Shown here: in pieces, positions 14,001 through 37,200 of the stretch | Position numbering within the stretch: the first letter of the stretch is position 1 | Layout of the letters: every line of letters begins with the position of its first letter | DNA from: Balanoglossus misakiensis | Taxonomy: Eukaryota; Animalia; Hemichordata | Reading direction: 5' to 3' | Length of the DNA stretch: 64,000 bases | Assembly (NCBI GenBank): GCA_040954595.2 | Contig: CM082581.2 | Location: 10,229,099-10,293,098, forward strand | Notes under the pieces: generated by a model | What the model was told of the DNA's origin: nothing | The model's database searches: none | The model's input: the letters and a program-made list of their open reading frames with translations, nothing else | Position numbers and translations under genes: made by a program

Positions 14001-14139
14001 ATATAGGCTGCAGGCCTTCAAAGATGGACTTGTATACAGCATATCTCCAGCACATGGAGTGACTATGATGTGAGATTGAAGTAGACAATGCAGTAAAAAT
14101 TATGAAAGATCTAAGAAAACAGGAAAAAGGTGAACTTAC

Positions 14140-15208
14140 AGTCGTTGTAATGATGTCAATCCTGAAAATACTCCGGCTCTGAGAATACTTATCACATTGC
14201 CACTCAAATCACTGTAAAAAAATATAAAATTAGCAAAGTTTCACATTTGTAAGTAAAATGGAAAGTTTGAATCACTTAAAATTCCCTCTGTAAAGTATGA
14301 TTGTTTTGTTTTTTAAATTCTTCCAGCCTAAAGTTTACATTCACATATTAATTTATTTATTTATATATTTATTTATAGAGGCAATACAGGGCCAAAAAGA
14401 ATTTATGCATTTAGCCTTATCAAGTCCTTAGCCTTATCAATATAAACCAGTTCTTATCACGATATTATGTAATGCAAAAGCTAGCACCTAATTACTTTCA
14501 TTTGGGGTCACATAACCGCACATAAAAGTATTTACAGTCGTGGTTTTACCCACTGAACCAGCATGGTGTTAAAATCTTTACCCATTAATTGTCACAATTT
14601 TAGAACATGGCTTTTAAATTTTATTGTTGGGTTGTAGAGGAAATTGACTCGTCCAAATGGTTGCGGCTGCGTAAGCCAATCAAAGCTAAGGCGTTGACAT
14701 GAAATAAACACCGGTAAATTTCTTCTTAAAAAAATTAATAGTGACGTATATATGCTCTCATTTTTACTTGTCAAAGGCGATCGTTACGGATGCAGTTTGA
14801 TCAATTGTATTTATCCGTGATGTTTCGTAGATATTTATTGACAGAAGCTTGTCTGAGAAATTATATTTTAAGATCGACTACACAAACACTAAAGATTACA
14901 CTTCATTACCGTGTTGTACTTTACTATTATGCAAATAGTACATCAAGGCCCAGTGACATTTTAGGATAAAGTGTGACTTACAGTTCAACGGTATCCGATG
15001 GTACAATGGTTTTCTCGAACGGGCTGTCGAGTCCACCGTTGGCACAGAGAAGCCGCCTACCGCGAGGAGTCCGGTCTGGATCGCCGCCCGGCTTCGAACG
15101 GATGAGTTTACACGTACATCTGATGGGACAGCTCGTTCCAGCGACTATCAGTCCTTGTATACAGATCACAAACAGAATCCATGGAATTGGGTTGTCGCGA
15201 CGCTTCAT
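14140..15208 (-). CDS. ADGRA3: 5' exons of an ADGRA2/ADGRA3 (GPR124/GPR125)-like LRR adhesion GPCR; gene continues beyond the left edge
   Basis: Exon 1 (15208-14982; an alternative in-frame ATG is at 15241) encodes signal peptide MKRRDNPIPWILFVICIQGLIVAG and LRR N-cap CPIRCTC...GRRLLCANGGL...VPSDTVEL, ending at a GTAAGT donor. Exon 2 (14211-14140) is a 72-nt phase-2 LRR exon, DLSGNVISILRAGVFSGLTSLQRL. The long insert between CTC and RRLLC resembles ADGRA2/3. Only two exons are seen, so the family call is inferred. Confidence 0.7.
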
Positions 15209-15794
15209 CGTTTTACAAGTCAATATACATCCCGAAAACATATGGCGGTAAATGGTGAGTTATTACACTGTTTATACGCGTATATACTACTACACACCAC
15301 GGCAAAGGAGAATGCCCAGTTGAGTATTTCAGAACTGAGACCTCACGATGTCGATTTCAAAAACATTCTCAACAACTGATGTCAAGTATCTCGCTTCTCC
15401 AGTTAATTCACTCTGTGGGAAATCAAGAAACCGTCCTACTATGCCGTCGAATATTATCAGTTCTCCAGATCGTTTGTGAAAACACACGACACACTTGGAA
15501 ATGAGACCAGTTCTTATCCGGTGGTGTATATTTCACACACCGATCACAGCGCTCAATCAGTGACAGTGTATGGAAATGTTTGGAGTACGAAACGCGATCG
15601 AGGTATACCGGTTTATCTGCGTCCAGAGATCAAGTAAATCTGCAACTATAGATCCAGCGATATTCACCAGCGATGTATGATATTCACGAAGGCTTCATGC
15701 ACGCGTCGAGAATGTCAGAACGAAGCACCGATCTCTTCTGAATACCAAGTCTATCATATAAACAGTCCAACATCGTGGAGTAGCTACAGAACAG

Positions 15795-16075
15795 ATTTGA
15801 CCTTTACGTCATGGGGATCACCGTGGAAGACAGCGCCTTGATTGGTCCAATGATTAGCATGGAGACGTCACACGGCTCCTTTGTAGCGCCTGAGGGCGCA
15901 ACACCTGTCAAAACAAAAGATGGCGAAGTGGGAGACAACGATTCTGAATAGATCGATCAAGCGTTTCACCGCAGCCACTGTCGTGCAAGAGTGATTGGGC
16001 GTGGGTGGGAATTTCACAACAGATGAACGCAGGAGGTGTTGGACCTAGTGGTGTCATGTGACGCCACTAGTTTTG
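15795..16075. promoter_or_regulatory. Probable promoter of the ADGRA-like gene
   Basis: CpG-enriched patch about 0.6-0.9 kb upstream of the ATG. It has CRE-like TACGTCA and GACGTCA, CCAAT boxes (GATTGG twice), YY1-like AAGATGGCG and the palindrome CTAGTGGTGTCATGTGACGCCACTAG. Confidence 0.5.
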
Positions 16076-16389
16076 CGATATCGCTTGCAACAATCTTCAG
16101 TAGTCAATATAAAACATAGAGCACCAATAAGAAATGTGTCAACCCTCTGCACAAGTTATGAAACAAGCATTGCATTTGCATGACCCAAGTGAAGTACAGT
16201 AGATAAAAGCTCCTTGATCTTTAAATTTGAATCATTTTAATAACTTCACCAAATCTATTGTGCAGAGGAAACCCCTGGAGACACACACAGCTGTATGTAC
16301 TTTTGTAAACTCTGCAATGATTCTCTGAAGGGATTCTGATTGAAGTAATTATCAACACTCTAAACAGCTGCCTTTACATGTCATTTCAT

Positions 16390-17053
16390 TTAAAAGGACA
16401 AAGTCTCCCTCTTGCTGCCCTTTTCCCATTAAGTATGTTTGATACAGGACACCATTGATGTTAAGTACATGTGAAACATGTATATAGTGAATCAACGTTC
16501 AACCACAAACAACTTCCATCCTGCATATAGATGTGAGAGTAAAAATCTCGCCAAAATGAATAAATGGTAAACACTGATTATTCATTTTTGGCTACTTTAG
16601 ATTATTCATTTCTTGCCGAAAATAATTTTTCATTTACTCATTAAATTCGGGGGGAGGGGGGTCTTTTCAAATTGTCTTAAAATTAAGACTTTCAAAATGG
16701 CCGCCAAATTTGAGGTTCAAAATGGCCGCCTATATCTGTGCTTAGTCTATGGCATTCAAGATGGCCGCCAAATTTAGTGACTTTGAAAATCTCTATGGTA
16801 AACATTATGTAGAAATTTTACTCATAGTTCAACCACACACACCTTCCACCCCACTTGTAGACGCGAGAGCAAAATGAATATTCGGTGTTTACCATTTATT
16901 CATTTTGGCGAGATTTTTACTCTCATATCCTACAAACGTGATGGTTGAATGTTGATTCACTATATAACCACATGTGCATTAGCATAGACAGTGTAGTGAA
17001 TCAAACATAATAAATGGGAAAAGAAGAGTGAGAGAGAGACTTTGTCCCTTTAA
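16390..17053. mobile_element. TTAA-flanked MITE (Kolobok/T2-like ends) with a second MITE inserted at its centre
   Basis: Outer arms TTAAAAGGACAAAGTCTC... and ...GAGACTTTGTCCCTTTAA form imperfect inverted repeats of about 85 nt. The inner element spans 16481-16966. Confidence 0.75.
16481..16966. mobile_element. Inner MITE with TA-flanked terminal inverted repeats
   Basis: TATATAGTGAATCAACGTTCAACCA pairs with TGGTTGAATGTTGATTCACTATATA. GAGAGTAAAAATCTCGCCAAAATGAATAAATGGTAAACAC has a perfect reverse complement at about 16886-16924. The interior carries three AA(A/G)ATGGCCGCC motifs. Confidence 0.8.
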
Positions 17054-18889
17054 GTCATGCCAGATGAAGTCATAAGACAACATCACACATAATTGCAATA
17101 ATCATTTGAAGTACTTGCCATATGATAAAATAGAACACAAACTGTAGTCGTTTTTCAAAGTTACAGCAATGGTTCATTGAAAATCAGATGTCAAAAGAAT
17201 CAGCAAATGCAAAAGTGTTATATAAGTAGTCCATTTTATGAAAAATGTTGAGTTTTACATTGTTTTATCCCATAGAACATTCATGCTCCAAACTACGCCC
17301 TCTGTGGTCAAATTTGGTCCACAGTCTGCAGAAATACATGTAAGACAAATGATACCTGACCAATCTTCCAGTCAATTCCTATGACATTGTATTCGGATGG
17401 TTTAATAACTGTACCAACCATCAGTCCACTCCAGGGCTTTTCCCATTCATCAGTTTGGTAAAGTTGGGGAAGTAAAATTGCATGGTCCAGTGGGTAAATG
17501 TCCCAGGGGTAACAGTTCGCAGACAATTGAGACTATCACACACAAGTCTATATATCTAGATCATTTTATTTCTGATTTTAATCACCATGACGTGTGTAAG
17601 TAATCTTACATGTCAATGCATAAATACGCATACACTCAATATACACTAGGTAGCACCTGATTTGTACAGAGGAAAGAAATGTACCAACTAACCGACAACA
17701 CTTTCACATCTCAAAACGACTGGCTTTTAATACTTTCCTTAGGTCTAGTATTGGTTGTAGCAGAATAGGTCTTTGCTGTATGGCTGGGTGATGGAACAGT
17801 CAACTGAGATACCATCCAAACCCTCACAGAGAGAATGCACTGCTTATGAGAAGTTTGCACTAAACCGAAGAAAAAACACACTCATGCAACCTAGAATGTC
17901 ACATATAAGAATGACAAATTAACATCAGTGTACTGCAGATCAAAACAGAATATAAAGCAGTGATAACATGTATGAATGACAGCACTTTATGTTTAAACCA
18001 AACTTTACAGTACATGATACCAATCCACACTTTCCAAATGTAATAAACAGTTATTCTTTAATGACACTAATAAGTTACACAGACTGCGTGGTTCCACTTC
18101 ACTGACTGTTGCAATAACTCATATCATAGACATTAAAATTAAGTACATGTACTTGTTCTAGAAAGCAGACGTGACAAGGGAAAACAAAATTAAACAGCAA
18201 AGAAATAGGCAAATAATTTAAATCACATTTATAATACAGCATATGCTTGATGCAAATAGCATACCGTGGTCCCTAACGAATTCCACCAGTTCCTAATTCA
18301 GACTAAACGGTTAGCATTTACACACAATACTGATGCATTACATGACCCACTTGTCAATCGATGTTTACTTTATTACTCTGCTAATCAATTTACTACTGTG
18401 TTAAATCAACAGTTTTTTTTCTCATAAATATGTACGGAAATCTGCAGGAATTTTTTTGTTTTTAATGTACATTTTTTATTCTAAAATATTATATACAACT
18501 TCCATAATAATCTATCATTGCTTGAAGCTACACACATACATGTACTTCCAACATACATTTTCTGATCAATTCAAATTAAATAGTATCTAAATGTTACATC
18601 AGTTGGGACTTTTTCAAGAGGAAGTTCACTATTTTCTGGTTACTGACTGGCAAGCGCTGCTTAACTGGGATAAAGCTGGAACACCTTTTAGTAAGAATTA
18701 CTGAGAAACCATGCAAAGAAAAGGGCTTCTTTGGTTCACTGCTGGGTGTTTTTGCATCCGTCGCCTGTTTGGTTTGCCCACTGATGAAGGCCCTTGGTTG
18801 GTGATGAAGGTAACTGGCCAATAAGAGCACTTGTCACAGATGGAGGAAGGCAGTGATTGGATGACAGAGTCGAGGTCTGCTGATGAACA

Positions 18890-28419
<9,530 letters not shown>

Positions 28420-28669
28420 CGCGGATACACACCTTATAGTCAACGATCAGGTGTGTCTCCGTTATATAAACAAGTCTTGATTGAAATTTGCTTGTGATAT
28501 GTCCAGGCTCTGTTTGAGGTTGTTGTTAATCGTCTGTCAATTACAGATGTTTGTGAAATAAAACGGTAACGATGCTATAGACAGGACAGAACGTTCACAC
28601 CTGCATACTTCTCTTGTCAGTCGTTAAAGAATATACCGGAGTTCCCATTTCACACGTTGCAATCTAACA

Positions 28670-29030
28670 AGTCGTCCCTCCCGGAAGTAGACCTGGCTAT
28701 TTACTATCGATGAGTGTGTCCGGTCAACCGGCGCGGCCTCGACATATGATTTCACGAAGATTGGTGAAGGTTACACCATAATTACGCAATGAATTGGAAC
28801 TTACGTCTATAATGTTAGCCTCACAAATCGCATAAAAGACAAGAAATTGTAGAGGAAAAGCTACAACCACCGATAACAAGGACACTCCAACGATCTCCAC
28901 TTCAACAAACACACAGCTAAAATGGCCGACAACTTACAACGTGGGATCACGTGACCATCGATGATGTCATGTGAAAACACTGATCACCTGATCGATCGGA
29001 GAAAATCGTGACATCATCAGTTATCTGCCG
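28670..29030. promoter_or_regulatory. CpG-rich promoter region of CCDC186, possibly bidirectional towards the Tudor gene
   Basis: ETS site CCGGAAGT (28681), YY1-like AAAATGGCCG (about 28919), E-box ATCACGTGAC (about 28946) and GTCATGTGA, all in a CpG-dense patch just upstream of the CCDC186 ATG. Confidence 0.55.
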
Positions 29031-31249
29031 CTTTTTGAGTAACCCAGTAGGCGCATAAAGAAAATAAAGCAAAAACTAAGTATAAAGGCAATTTTAGAGT
29101 CCGAGTTGTACATATGTGGTCAGGTCAACACAGTCCTGACTGTATTTTAGCGGAGAAAATATGTCCGGTTTTCACTTAAGTCTTTCCATTGACTTTTTTA
29201 TGCACCCAAAAAGTTGAAGAAAAGTTGTTTAAAAATATATGAGTCCCTGCTGGGGAACTTTCCATGACTACCCATAATAGGTATATTTTATTTGTCTTTT
29301 ACTCCACCTAGCATTTTGTCCGCTTTGCTAGTTTTGACACAGGAGATATGGTTTTGGAAGCAAGGCGAACAAGTAGACTACTTCACCTATGACAGGGAAA
29401 AGTTTTTTTTTTCGACCTCTATCTTTGATTTCGGACTGTTGAGGCAACGTTTATCTTTAATTTTACTTTTTACTGAAACACTAAAGTCCCAAAGCTACTG
29501 TATCCGCTTTTTGGTCAATCATACGTCAAAAGTGGACCCAGACGCAGCAAATGATGGATGCGTTCTTGCTTGATGGGTGACAAACCAACCACAGGCCAAG
29601 AGTTTATGAAAACGCAGCAAAATTTACCTGAACGAGTCACAGACCATGTTTCAAAGATTTATTGCACGTCGGCCACCCCCACGAATTTTAAATGGTTCTT
29701 CCATGCAACTTATTTTGCATGTTAGAATATGCATGTGCAAAGAAGAAGGGAACTTCATCCACGATCGTGCACGAGCTCTTTGAGAGAGGTTAGTAAACCA
29801 CCTAAATTAGGGGCTAAACGGGAAAATTGAGAAGTGTGTGTTTTTTATGACACCAAGCATCTCCAGAAGTCCGAGGAAAAAGAATTAATTAAGACTTTGT
29901 GCACCGCCAGAGATGAATTTCAGTGGTCAGGTCATTTGAGTCCATTTTATCCACTAGAGGGCGGGTGTCATTCTTTTGTATTCAACACCAACATCCGTGA
30001 TACGAACTCGTGCAAAGGACATTGTTTTGGCATTTCATGTGCGAAATCTTACCATAGTGAGTACAAAAACTATCACTGATAAGTTATGAATCTCTGACGT
30101 CAACGACAACCCAGCTAAAATGCATCACTTGGACCTACAACACTGTGGGTTGGGAGTTCAAGCGTGACTCTCAAGGGAAGGGGGGGGGGGAGTACAACTG
30201 AAAATGCATCATGCTTGAAGAATGAACATGATTTTTGTCGGTGTTCTCAGTGGAGACATATTGGTCTTATTGAAAGACAAACAGGATCAAGTACGAGAGG
30301 TACCTCTACTGAGTCTTGTAGGACTGCTTCTGATGTCCAACTGTAGGGCTGTATCTGAGACTTACCTTTAATTTCACCTTTTCAGTAAACTGGTGTGACA
30401 GTTGTGTATGGATCAGAACTGTGATTGGTTCAGTTTACCGGATACTCCTCCCTTATCGGTGAACGTAAAACCAGAGTGGCCCAGTGCAGAAGCTCATAAA
30501 AGTCCCAGCCAAGTAGATCAGTGAGTATGCTTTGATCAAGTCTGTGAAAACAGGAGTTTTCATCTACTTGTACATGTATTTGCGTGGGAGAACTTTTACA
30601 CGAGAAAAAAATGAACCTGTACCAATTTTCGAGAAGAAATTTTATTACCATAACAAACTTCCTTCTGCATACACAACGAAGATGGATAGCGGGATTTTAA
30701 AATGGTTGAATTCATGTCAAGTTCTTGGTTGCTCTAGAAGTGTGCATTATTGAAAGAGCCCCTCCCTCTCCTCCAATATATCTGCTATGATATAGCAAGA
30801 GGAACCAGTAAACTTTATAAGGGTAGGGTACCGTACTGCCCCTTACAACCCAAGCGCCAAAGTTGGTTGTGATGACTATTGCATAGGTTGAAGAACTTGA
30901 AGATACTTGTTGACACAAGCTGTTCAGCTCAGCCCCCGGTCAGGTATAGAATGCCCTTTCTTGGCTCCCCAGCAGCAAGGCCACAGTCAACATCAAGCCA
31001 AGTACCCAGGTAATTATTTGGCCTTCAGTAAACATTCAAAAACCATAAGATAAATTATCGTCTGCACATTTAGAAGTCCGTAACAAGCGTTAGCGTCAAT
31101 ATTTGTTTACTGTATCCCCTGGTAGTCTGTTTACTGAAGTTTAGGAGGGTGAAGCTGTTGCTATGGGCTCATAAATGAGCGGGAAGATTTCAAGTCAGAA
31201 TTTCTGGAGTACTGTCCTACAACAAAAACACTGAAAGATATTTATTGTC

Positions 31250-34200
31250 ATGAACCACAGCAGCAGTCTGAACGGTTCCAGGGAAGTTCTGAACAGTTCC
31301 GGAGAAAGCGACAACCAGGAAGTATCCGATTGGAATCCAATGAAGGAAGACTTCATGTCGACATCATTCAACAGCTATGACAAAGGGCCTGGTGCCAACC
31401 TTGTTGGGGGAGGTGCCCCCAAACAGTTAAGTTTCCAGATTTTGATTAAATTGTACCAATGTTGCATTATACAAATTGGGAAACTAACATATGTGGTGAT
31501 GAATCACAGAAACTTTCACTATTACATCAAACCTAAATTGTTTGAATTCTGGTTGACAGAGTATTACAAGCCAGTGGTGAAAAGATCAAAAGCAGAGAAC
31601 ATCAAGTGTATGTCATGGGCATTCCCAAAGAAATGCAGGAGGTATGTAACTTTGTTTATATTTGTTCGTAAATATTTTGGTGGCATTAATGTTATCGAAG
31701 TGATATAATGAATCAAGTTCAAATAATGTGAATGTGCAGTTAGCATCTTAGTTCTGAGTTCTAACACTTTAAAATCAATCCAAATTACTTGATTGGAATT
31801 CTCAATTTGGCTGCAGGAAGCTGTGTTCAATTTATTTAGCAAAGCTGGTACTGTCAGAGAAGTCACTGTGAAAGGAGCCTCCTTATTTAGCACTACAGAT
31901 TGTGGATATGGGTGAGTGCAAATTAATTTTCTTGTTTTCTTATTAATAGCTAACACTCCTGAATTACTTCTGTCAGATATATTAATGTTAAATAAATTTT
32001 CTCATGGAGGCATTGTGTGGAATATTGCAGGTTTGTTACCTTCACTTCAATAAAGGAAGTGGAAACTGCAATTAGACTACTGGATGGATTTCCTATCAAC
32101 AATTCTGTTCTTCGGGTCAAACCATCGATGTCCAAGAATGATCGAGAGAAAAGACGGCCTGCAAAGGAGGTGATCTCTTTATTTAAATTACTCTTTATTT
32201 AATCTAAAATTTTAACATGATTGCGTATTTTACTTCCTACACTGACTTCAGGGTTTTAGCTGAGCTGTACATGGATATAAAAACTAAAAAATGGAAATAA
32301 AATCTGGCAAATCTCTCCATCCTACAGGGAAAGGCTGAGATAGCTTATTGCATTCTTTTTTCTTGTTTGCATAGGTTGGTGTTGAAAGTGCGAGTGTGGA
32401 GGGCAGAGTGAAGAGTGATGGCCTCAATGGGACAGATAGAGGTACGTCTAAATATCCCTTTCAACCATTTGTCTCTGTCCTGTGGGTAAAACAAATAGAA
32501 AGTAGTTTGAAACCAAAATTATATACAGAAGTACATTCATTTGTGACCTGCACATCCAAACATGATTTATGTCGAATAGAGACGAATCAATCTGATATCT
32601 GCATTGAATCTGTTTAGGTATGACTAGAGGTGATAGTAACTCTTCCGTCGCAAATGCATTGAGAACTCCATCTCTGAGAACTGGGAATGCAAATGGTGAT
32701 GCAGAACGGAACGCGCAGAAGAGTGAAAAGGATGAAAGTGGATCTAGTGGGCTTGGAAGGAAAGTGACTCTCCTGGGTGATGTGAGGCGTGTTATGTTAG
32801 ATCGAGCAAGTTACACAAAGAAGCCTGGATCCTCGCCCGGAGTCAGTCCGGAAAGCCCGGCAAAACAGAGTCCACGACAAGAGTCTATGACAAGTGTGAC
32901 ACCTCCTTCCAAGAATAGTGGTAAAGACGGGAAATGCCCCAAACCGTGCATGTATTGCAAGAAAGGAGGTATGTCAATTGGTGTTTGTTTGGGGGCTAAG
33001 TGTGGAGGGCCTCAGAAGGCCTATTCTCATAGGTTAAAACACACCTGTTTGAGATTGGATTGACAAGGAATTAACCAATCAAAACCCTACTTACGGTTTC
33101 TATATAATGCATTGATGTCAATCAATGGGATTGTGTTGCTCATTAAAGACTCTTGGTGTAATGTGTCAGTCATCATCACCAGATCTAATTGCACACCATC
33201 TGAACTATTTATTTGTGACAGGAGTGATGTTTTGCAGCAGATGCAAAGCACCGTACTGCTCTCATGAATGCCAGAAGAAACACTGGCCAGAACACAAATT
33301 CTTGTGCAAACCAGATCAGGAGAAGCAGTGAGTATATATATTCATGCATGTCTCCAGAAAATGTGAACTACTTCCCAAGTACAGTCTTTGAGTGGTTAAT
33401 TTGAGAAGATTGTACACACAATTGCTGCTTGTTGCTGTTGAGCTTGTATCCATTGAATGTCATTTCTAGTCTCATCGATGCAATCCTATTCCCATTTCTG
33501 CATTTTACAGAGATGCCACTTCTCCACGAAGTGCCAGCCCTGCACCCAGAGATGTCCGATCACCTGCCATTGCAAGCCCTTCACCCAGCAAACAGTGCAC
33601 CATCAAAGAAGAAGTTGGACTTGTTCAGGTTGAAAACGTTGACCCTTTGCTGCAATCACACCAGCCTATATATATTTCAGCTTACTTAATCTATTTTGAG
33701 TTTGTAAATGCTCAACTATCATTTTCCATTCCATATACATATCATCTTTAATAAATATGTAATTGATATTTTCATTCACAGGACACACCAAAGGCACAAG
33801 GCCCGAAATCGGTTGCCCGAAAATTGGACCTTGGTTATCAACCTATTCCGGATGATCCTGCTTTTAAGGTGTGTATAGGTAGACGAGTGGTTTGATGGAT
33901 GGTTGGGTAGTATTGTACTTCATTAAAGAAAGAAAGAAAGAAAGAAAAGTGATGTTCAATTTTACAACTTTAAAGTTTCTTAATGTATTTTCTCAGGTAC
34001 TGGTAACTGAAGTGATAAGTCCTGATGCTGTGTGGTGTCAGGTCGCGCAGGAAAGCAATTTGACATGTCTGTCAGATTTGATGGTGTTGATGAATCAGTA
34101 CTACTCTGATCCAAGCATAGTGACTGAAGCTGTCGCACCACAGGTAATGACTATATTAGGTGGTATGAGCTGTGAATATGTTACCTGGTTAACTTTACGG

Positions 34201-37200
34201 TATGTGTATATTTCTTTGCATCTGACTAAAATACAATTAATTTTTTTTCACAGAAAGGGGATTTGGTAGCTGCTCAATTCAGTGCTGATGGCGCCTGGTA
34301 CAGAGCAGAGGTGACTGGGATTGACACAGATGGCGGTGCTCAAATGCACTTCGTCGATTTTGGTAATGAAGAGAACATGCCACCAAGAAGACTGAGAAAG
34401 CTCACCCAGGAAATGAAACAGTTACCTCGCCAGGTTAATATCTCGATCCTGTGTTCAATTCAGTTGTATCACATTTTTTCCCTTCTGATGAAAGAATAAG
34501 AATTGTCACTATATATAGTTTGTGTTTATGTTCTAGGCCTTGAAATGCTGCATTGCTGGAATTGAGCCAGTTGATGGGCAGACTGGTTGGTCGTCTGAAG
34601 CCATAAAAGTTGTGATATCGAAGCTACTCAACAAGAAATGTCTTGTCCAGTATGAAAAAAGTATTGGTAATGTTCATCACATCTGGGTTACTGATCCCAC
34701 CGCAGAGTCAGGTAGGAATTCGACACAAGATGGTTCTTGATCTCATGAATATTCACATGATATACCAGGATTTGTTGATAAAGTGAGTTCTTTAAACAAG
34801 ACACCATACTTGTTCCCTCTTACAGGCTCCACTGTCAATGACTTCTTGGTAAAATCTCGTTATGCCAAGAGCAAAATCACCACCAAGCCCGCTGCGCAGC
34901 CCAGTACACCACCGCCATCTCCACAAGACAAGCACCGTCGATCGCCCATCATGGTCACACACCTGCCAGTGAGAGAAGTCCCCAAGACTGAGACCTTTAC
35001 TGTAATGTGCTCCTACTTTGAAAATCCGGGATCATTCTATGTCCAAATACTCGATCAAGATGAGCTGCAAGAGTTATCGTCAATCATGTTGAAAATCAAT
35101 GGGACGTGCAGGGAATTGGCATATATACCTTTCCAGCCAGAGGTGAGCGGGAGATTATTTCAATTTATAGAATAAATCATCACTTTACAAGATTCAGTCA
35201 ACTATATCTCCGTAAACTTTTTTTTGTAGATTGGTGAGGTGGTGTGTGCCTTCTACAACGCAGACAAGTGTTGGTACAGGGCTGTGGTCAGAGAGGTTCA
35301 ACAGAATGCAGCACTGGTCCAGTATGCTGACTTTGGGAACTCTGAGTTGATCCAGCTGTCTTTACTCAGAGAGTACATAGATGCCAAACTCCCTCTGCAG
35401 GCCATTCACTGCAAACTGACTGGTAAGAAAGTCTGGCAACTGTGGCTCATGAACTTGAAAAAATCGTAGAGAAGTGGTAAAAGTGTATGAAACACTCTTA
35501 TGTGTACTTGATCTTTTCTTACATAAACAGTTCTGTCTTGTTATGTCATATTTCTACAGGTACTGTACCACTGGATGAGAAGGCAGGTTGGAGCCAGTCC
35601 GAGAAGGAACTATTCTGTGTGGCTGTAGAAGGCAAACAGCTTGGTGTTAAACTGGTTGGTGTTGTTGATAATTTGTACGAAGTGGAGCTCTTCGACCAAG
35701 GTACCTTATTATTTGAACCCATCCTCCACTGAATGTCTTGCACAAAGACAAAAGTAACTTTCAACATAATTTAAAACCATGCAGTGCTCATAGTCAAGTT
35801 TCCTTAACAGGTGGCACTTTAGGTTAACTTTGAGAAACTTTCCAATATTCATCTGCAGGAACCAAGAAATGCGTCCATCAGGAGCTGATCAAGCAAGGTT
35901 GTGGAAGGGCCATAGAAATGAAAACTGAAGGGTAACGATTTCTTTGGTCAATTCTGTGTGATATTTGCATTCTTTGTTGATATAATTTGAAGTGTTTAAA
36001 ATGTGCATAACACTGAAAAGTTAAGGCCAAACCATGGATTTAAGAAAAAATCTAGCTCCATCTACAGTTGCCTTTTGCATGGAACTGTGGATGCATCCTG
36101 AATGACTTGGTTCTATTTCTTTCTTTTTGTAGTGATGTACCTGAAACTCCACAGCCTCAACTGCCCTCAAAGTTGTCTTTGAAGTTAGAATCGGACTCCA
36201 TACAGCCTGGTATGGAAATGATATGCAACGTGACACTGGTGGAGTCACCCAATGAACTGTGGGTACAGGTGGCCAAGAATGCTGAAGCAGTGATTCAACT
36301 GCAGGAAGGCTTGAATAAGTATTACGAGAAGTTGCAGCTACGTGAAATCTTTGTGTAAGTCGTATGGAGTCTTGAACTGGTTTTCTTTGATGTGGCATTT
36401 CAATAATTGCCATTTAAAACCTATAGAGGATTGAGGTGAAGGGATCTGTATATCTCATAAAAAGCTAGCTAAATTTTCTTACTGTATTTGACATTATCTA
36501 ACACTTTGCATGTTTTTTTAACAATCACAGCCCAACAGTTGGACAGATATGTGCTGCTTGCTTCACTGCTGATAAGAACTGGTACAGAGCTGTTGTCACT
36601 CAGATTGGCCAACCAAGTCCCAAACACGCCACAGTGTTTTACTGCGATTTTGGTAACTCCGAAGTCCTGGATGTGTCCAACCTGCGTCCATTGGCTGTTG
36701 AGTACACGAAGCTGAATGCACAGGCGGTGAGGTGCTGTCTGTCTGGAATCAAGCCTCTCGACTCGAAGTGGAGCAGTGAGGTCATCTCGTCCTTGAAAGA
36801 TGCCATAGAGAGTAATCTAGCAGAGGTTCACTTTGGAGAGAAAGTTGATGGTGTTTTCCAGGTGGAGATGTTCAGCTTAGATGAGAGAGAGATGTCGCTC
36901 AATGAGATCTTGGTCAAGATAGGCTTCGCGGCACCATCAGCAGCTGAGGCTCAGTCGACCAATCAGGAAGATGCCTTGAAGTCAGTGAATGAGCAGTCTC
37001 CCAATCAACAGCAAGATATTAAATCACCTAATCAGAGAGTGGAATCACATCACCTGGGCTCACCCAATAACCAAAAAGCAGCAGTTAAGTCGCCCATTTC
37101 TCAGAGTCCAATAGCCAAGCCAAAAGAGGAAGAGCAGAAAGCTGATCTGGCACCAAAGCTAACCAATCAGAAAGTTGATGCAGAGTCACAGGATAGCAGC

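Noticed and set aside
29560-30080. Possible non-autonomous DNA transposon remnant between CCDC186 and the Tudor gene
   Set aside because: The texture is suggestive, but I could not identify TIRs, a TSD or a coding remnant.
30880-31015. Possible upstream exons of the Tudor gene (AG...GT-bounded segments)
   Set aside because: No consistent reading frame joins exon 1. They could be 5' UTR exons, but this cannot be supported from sequence alone.
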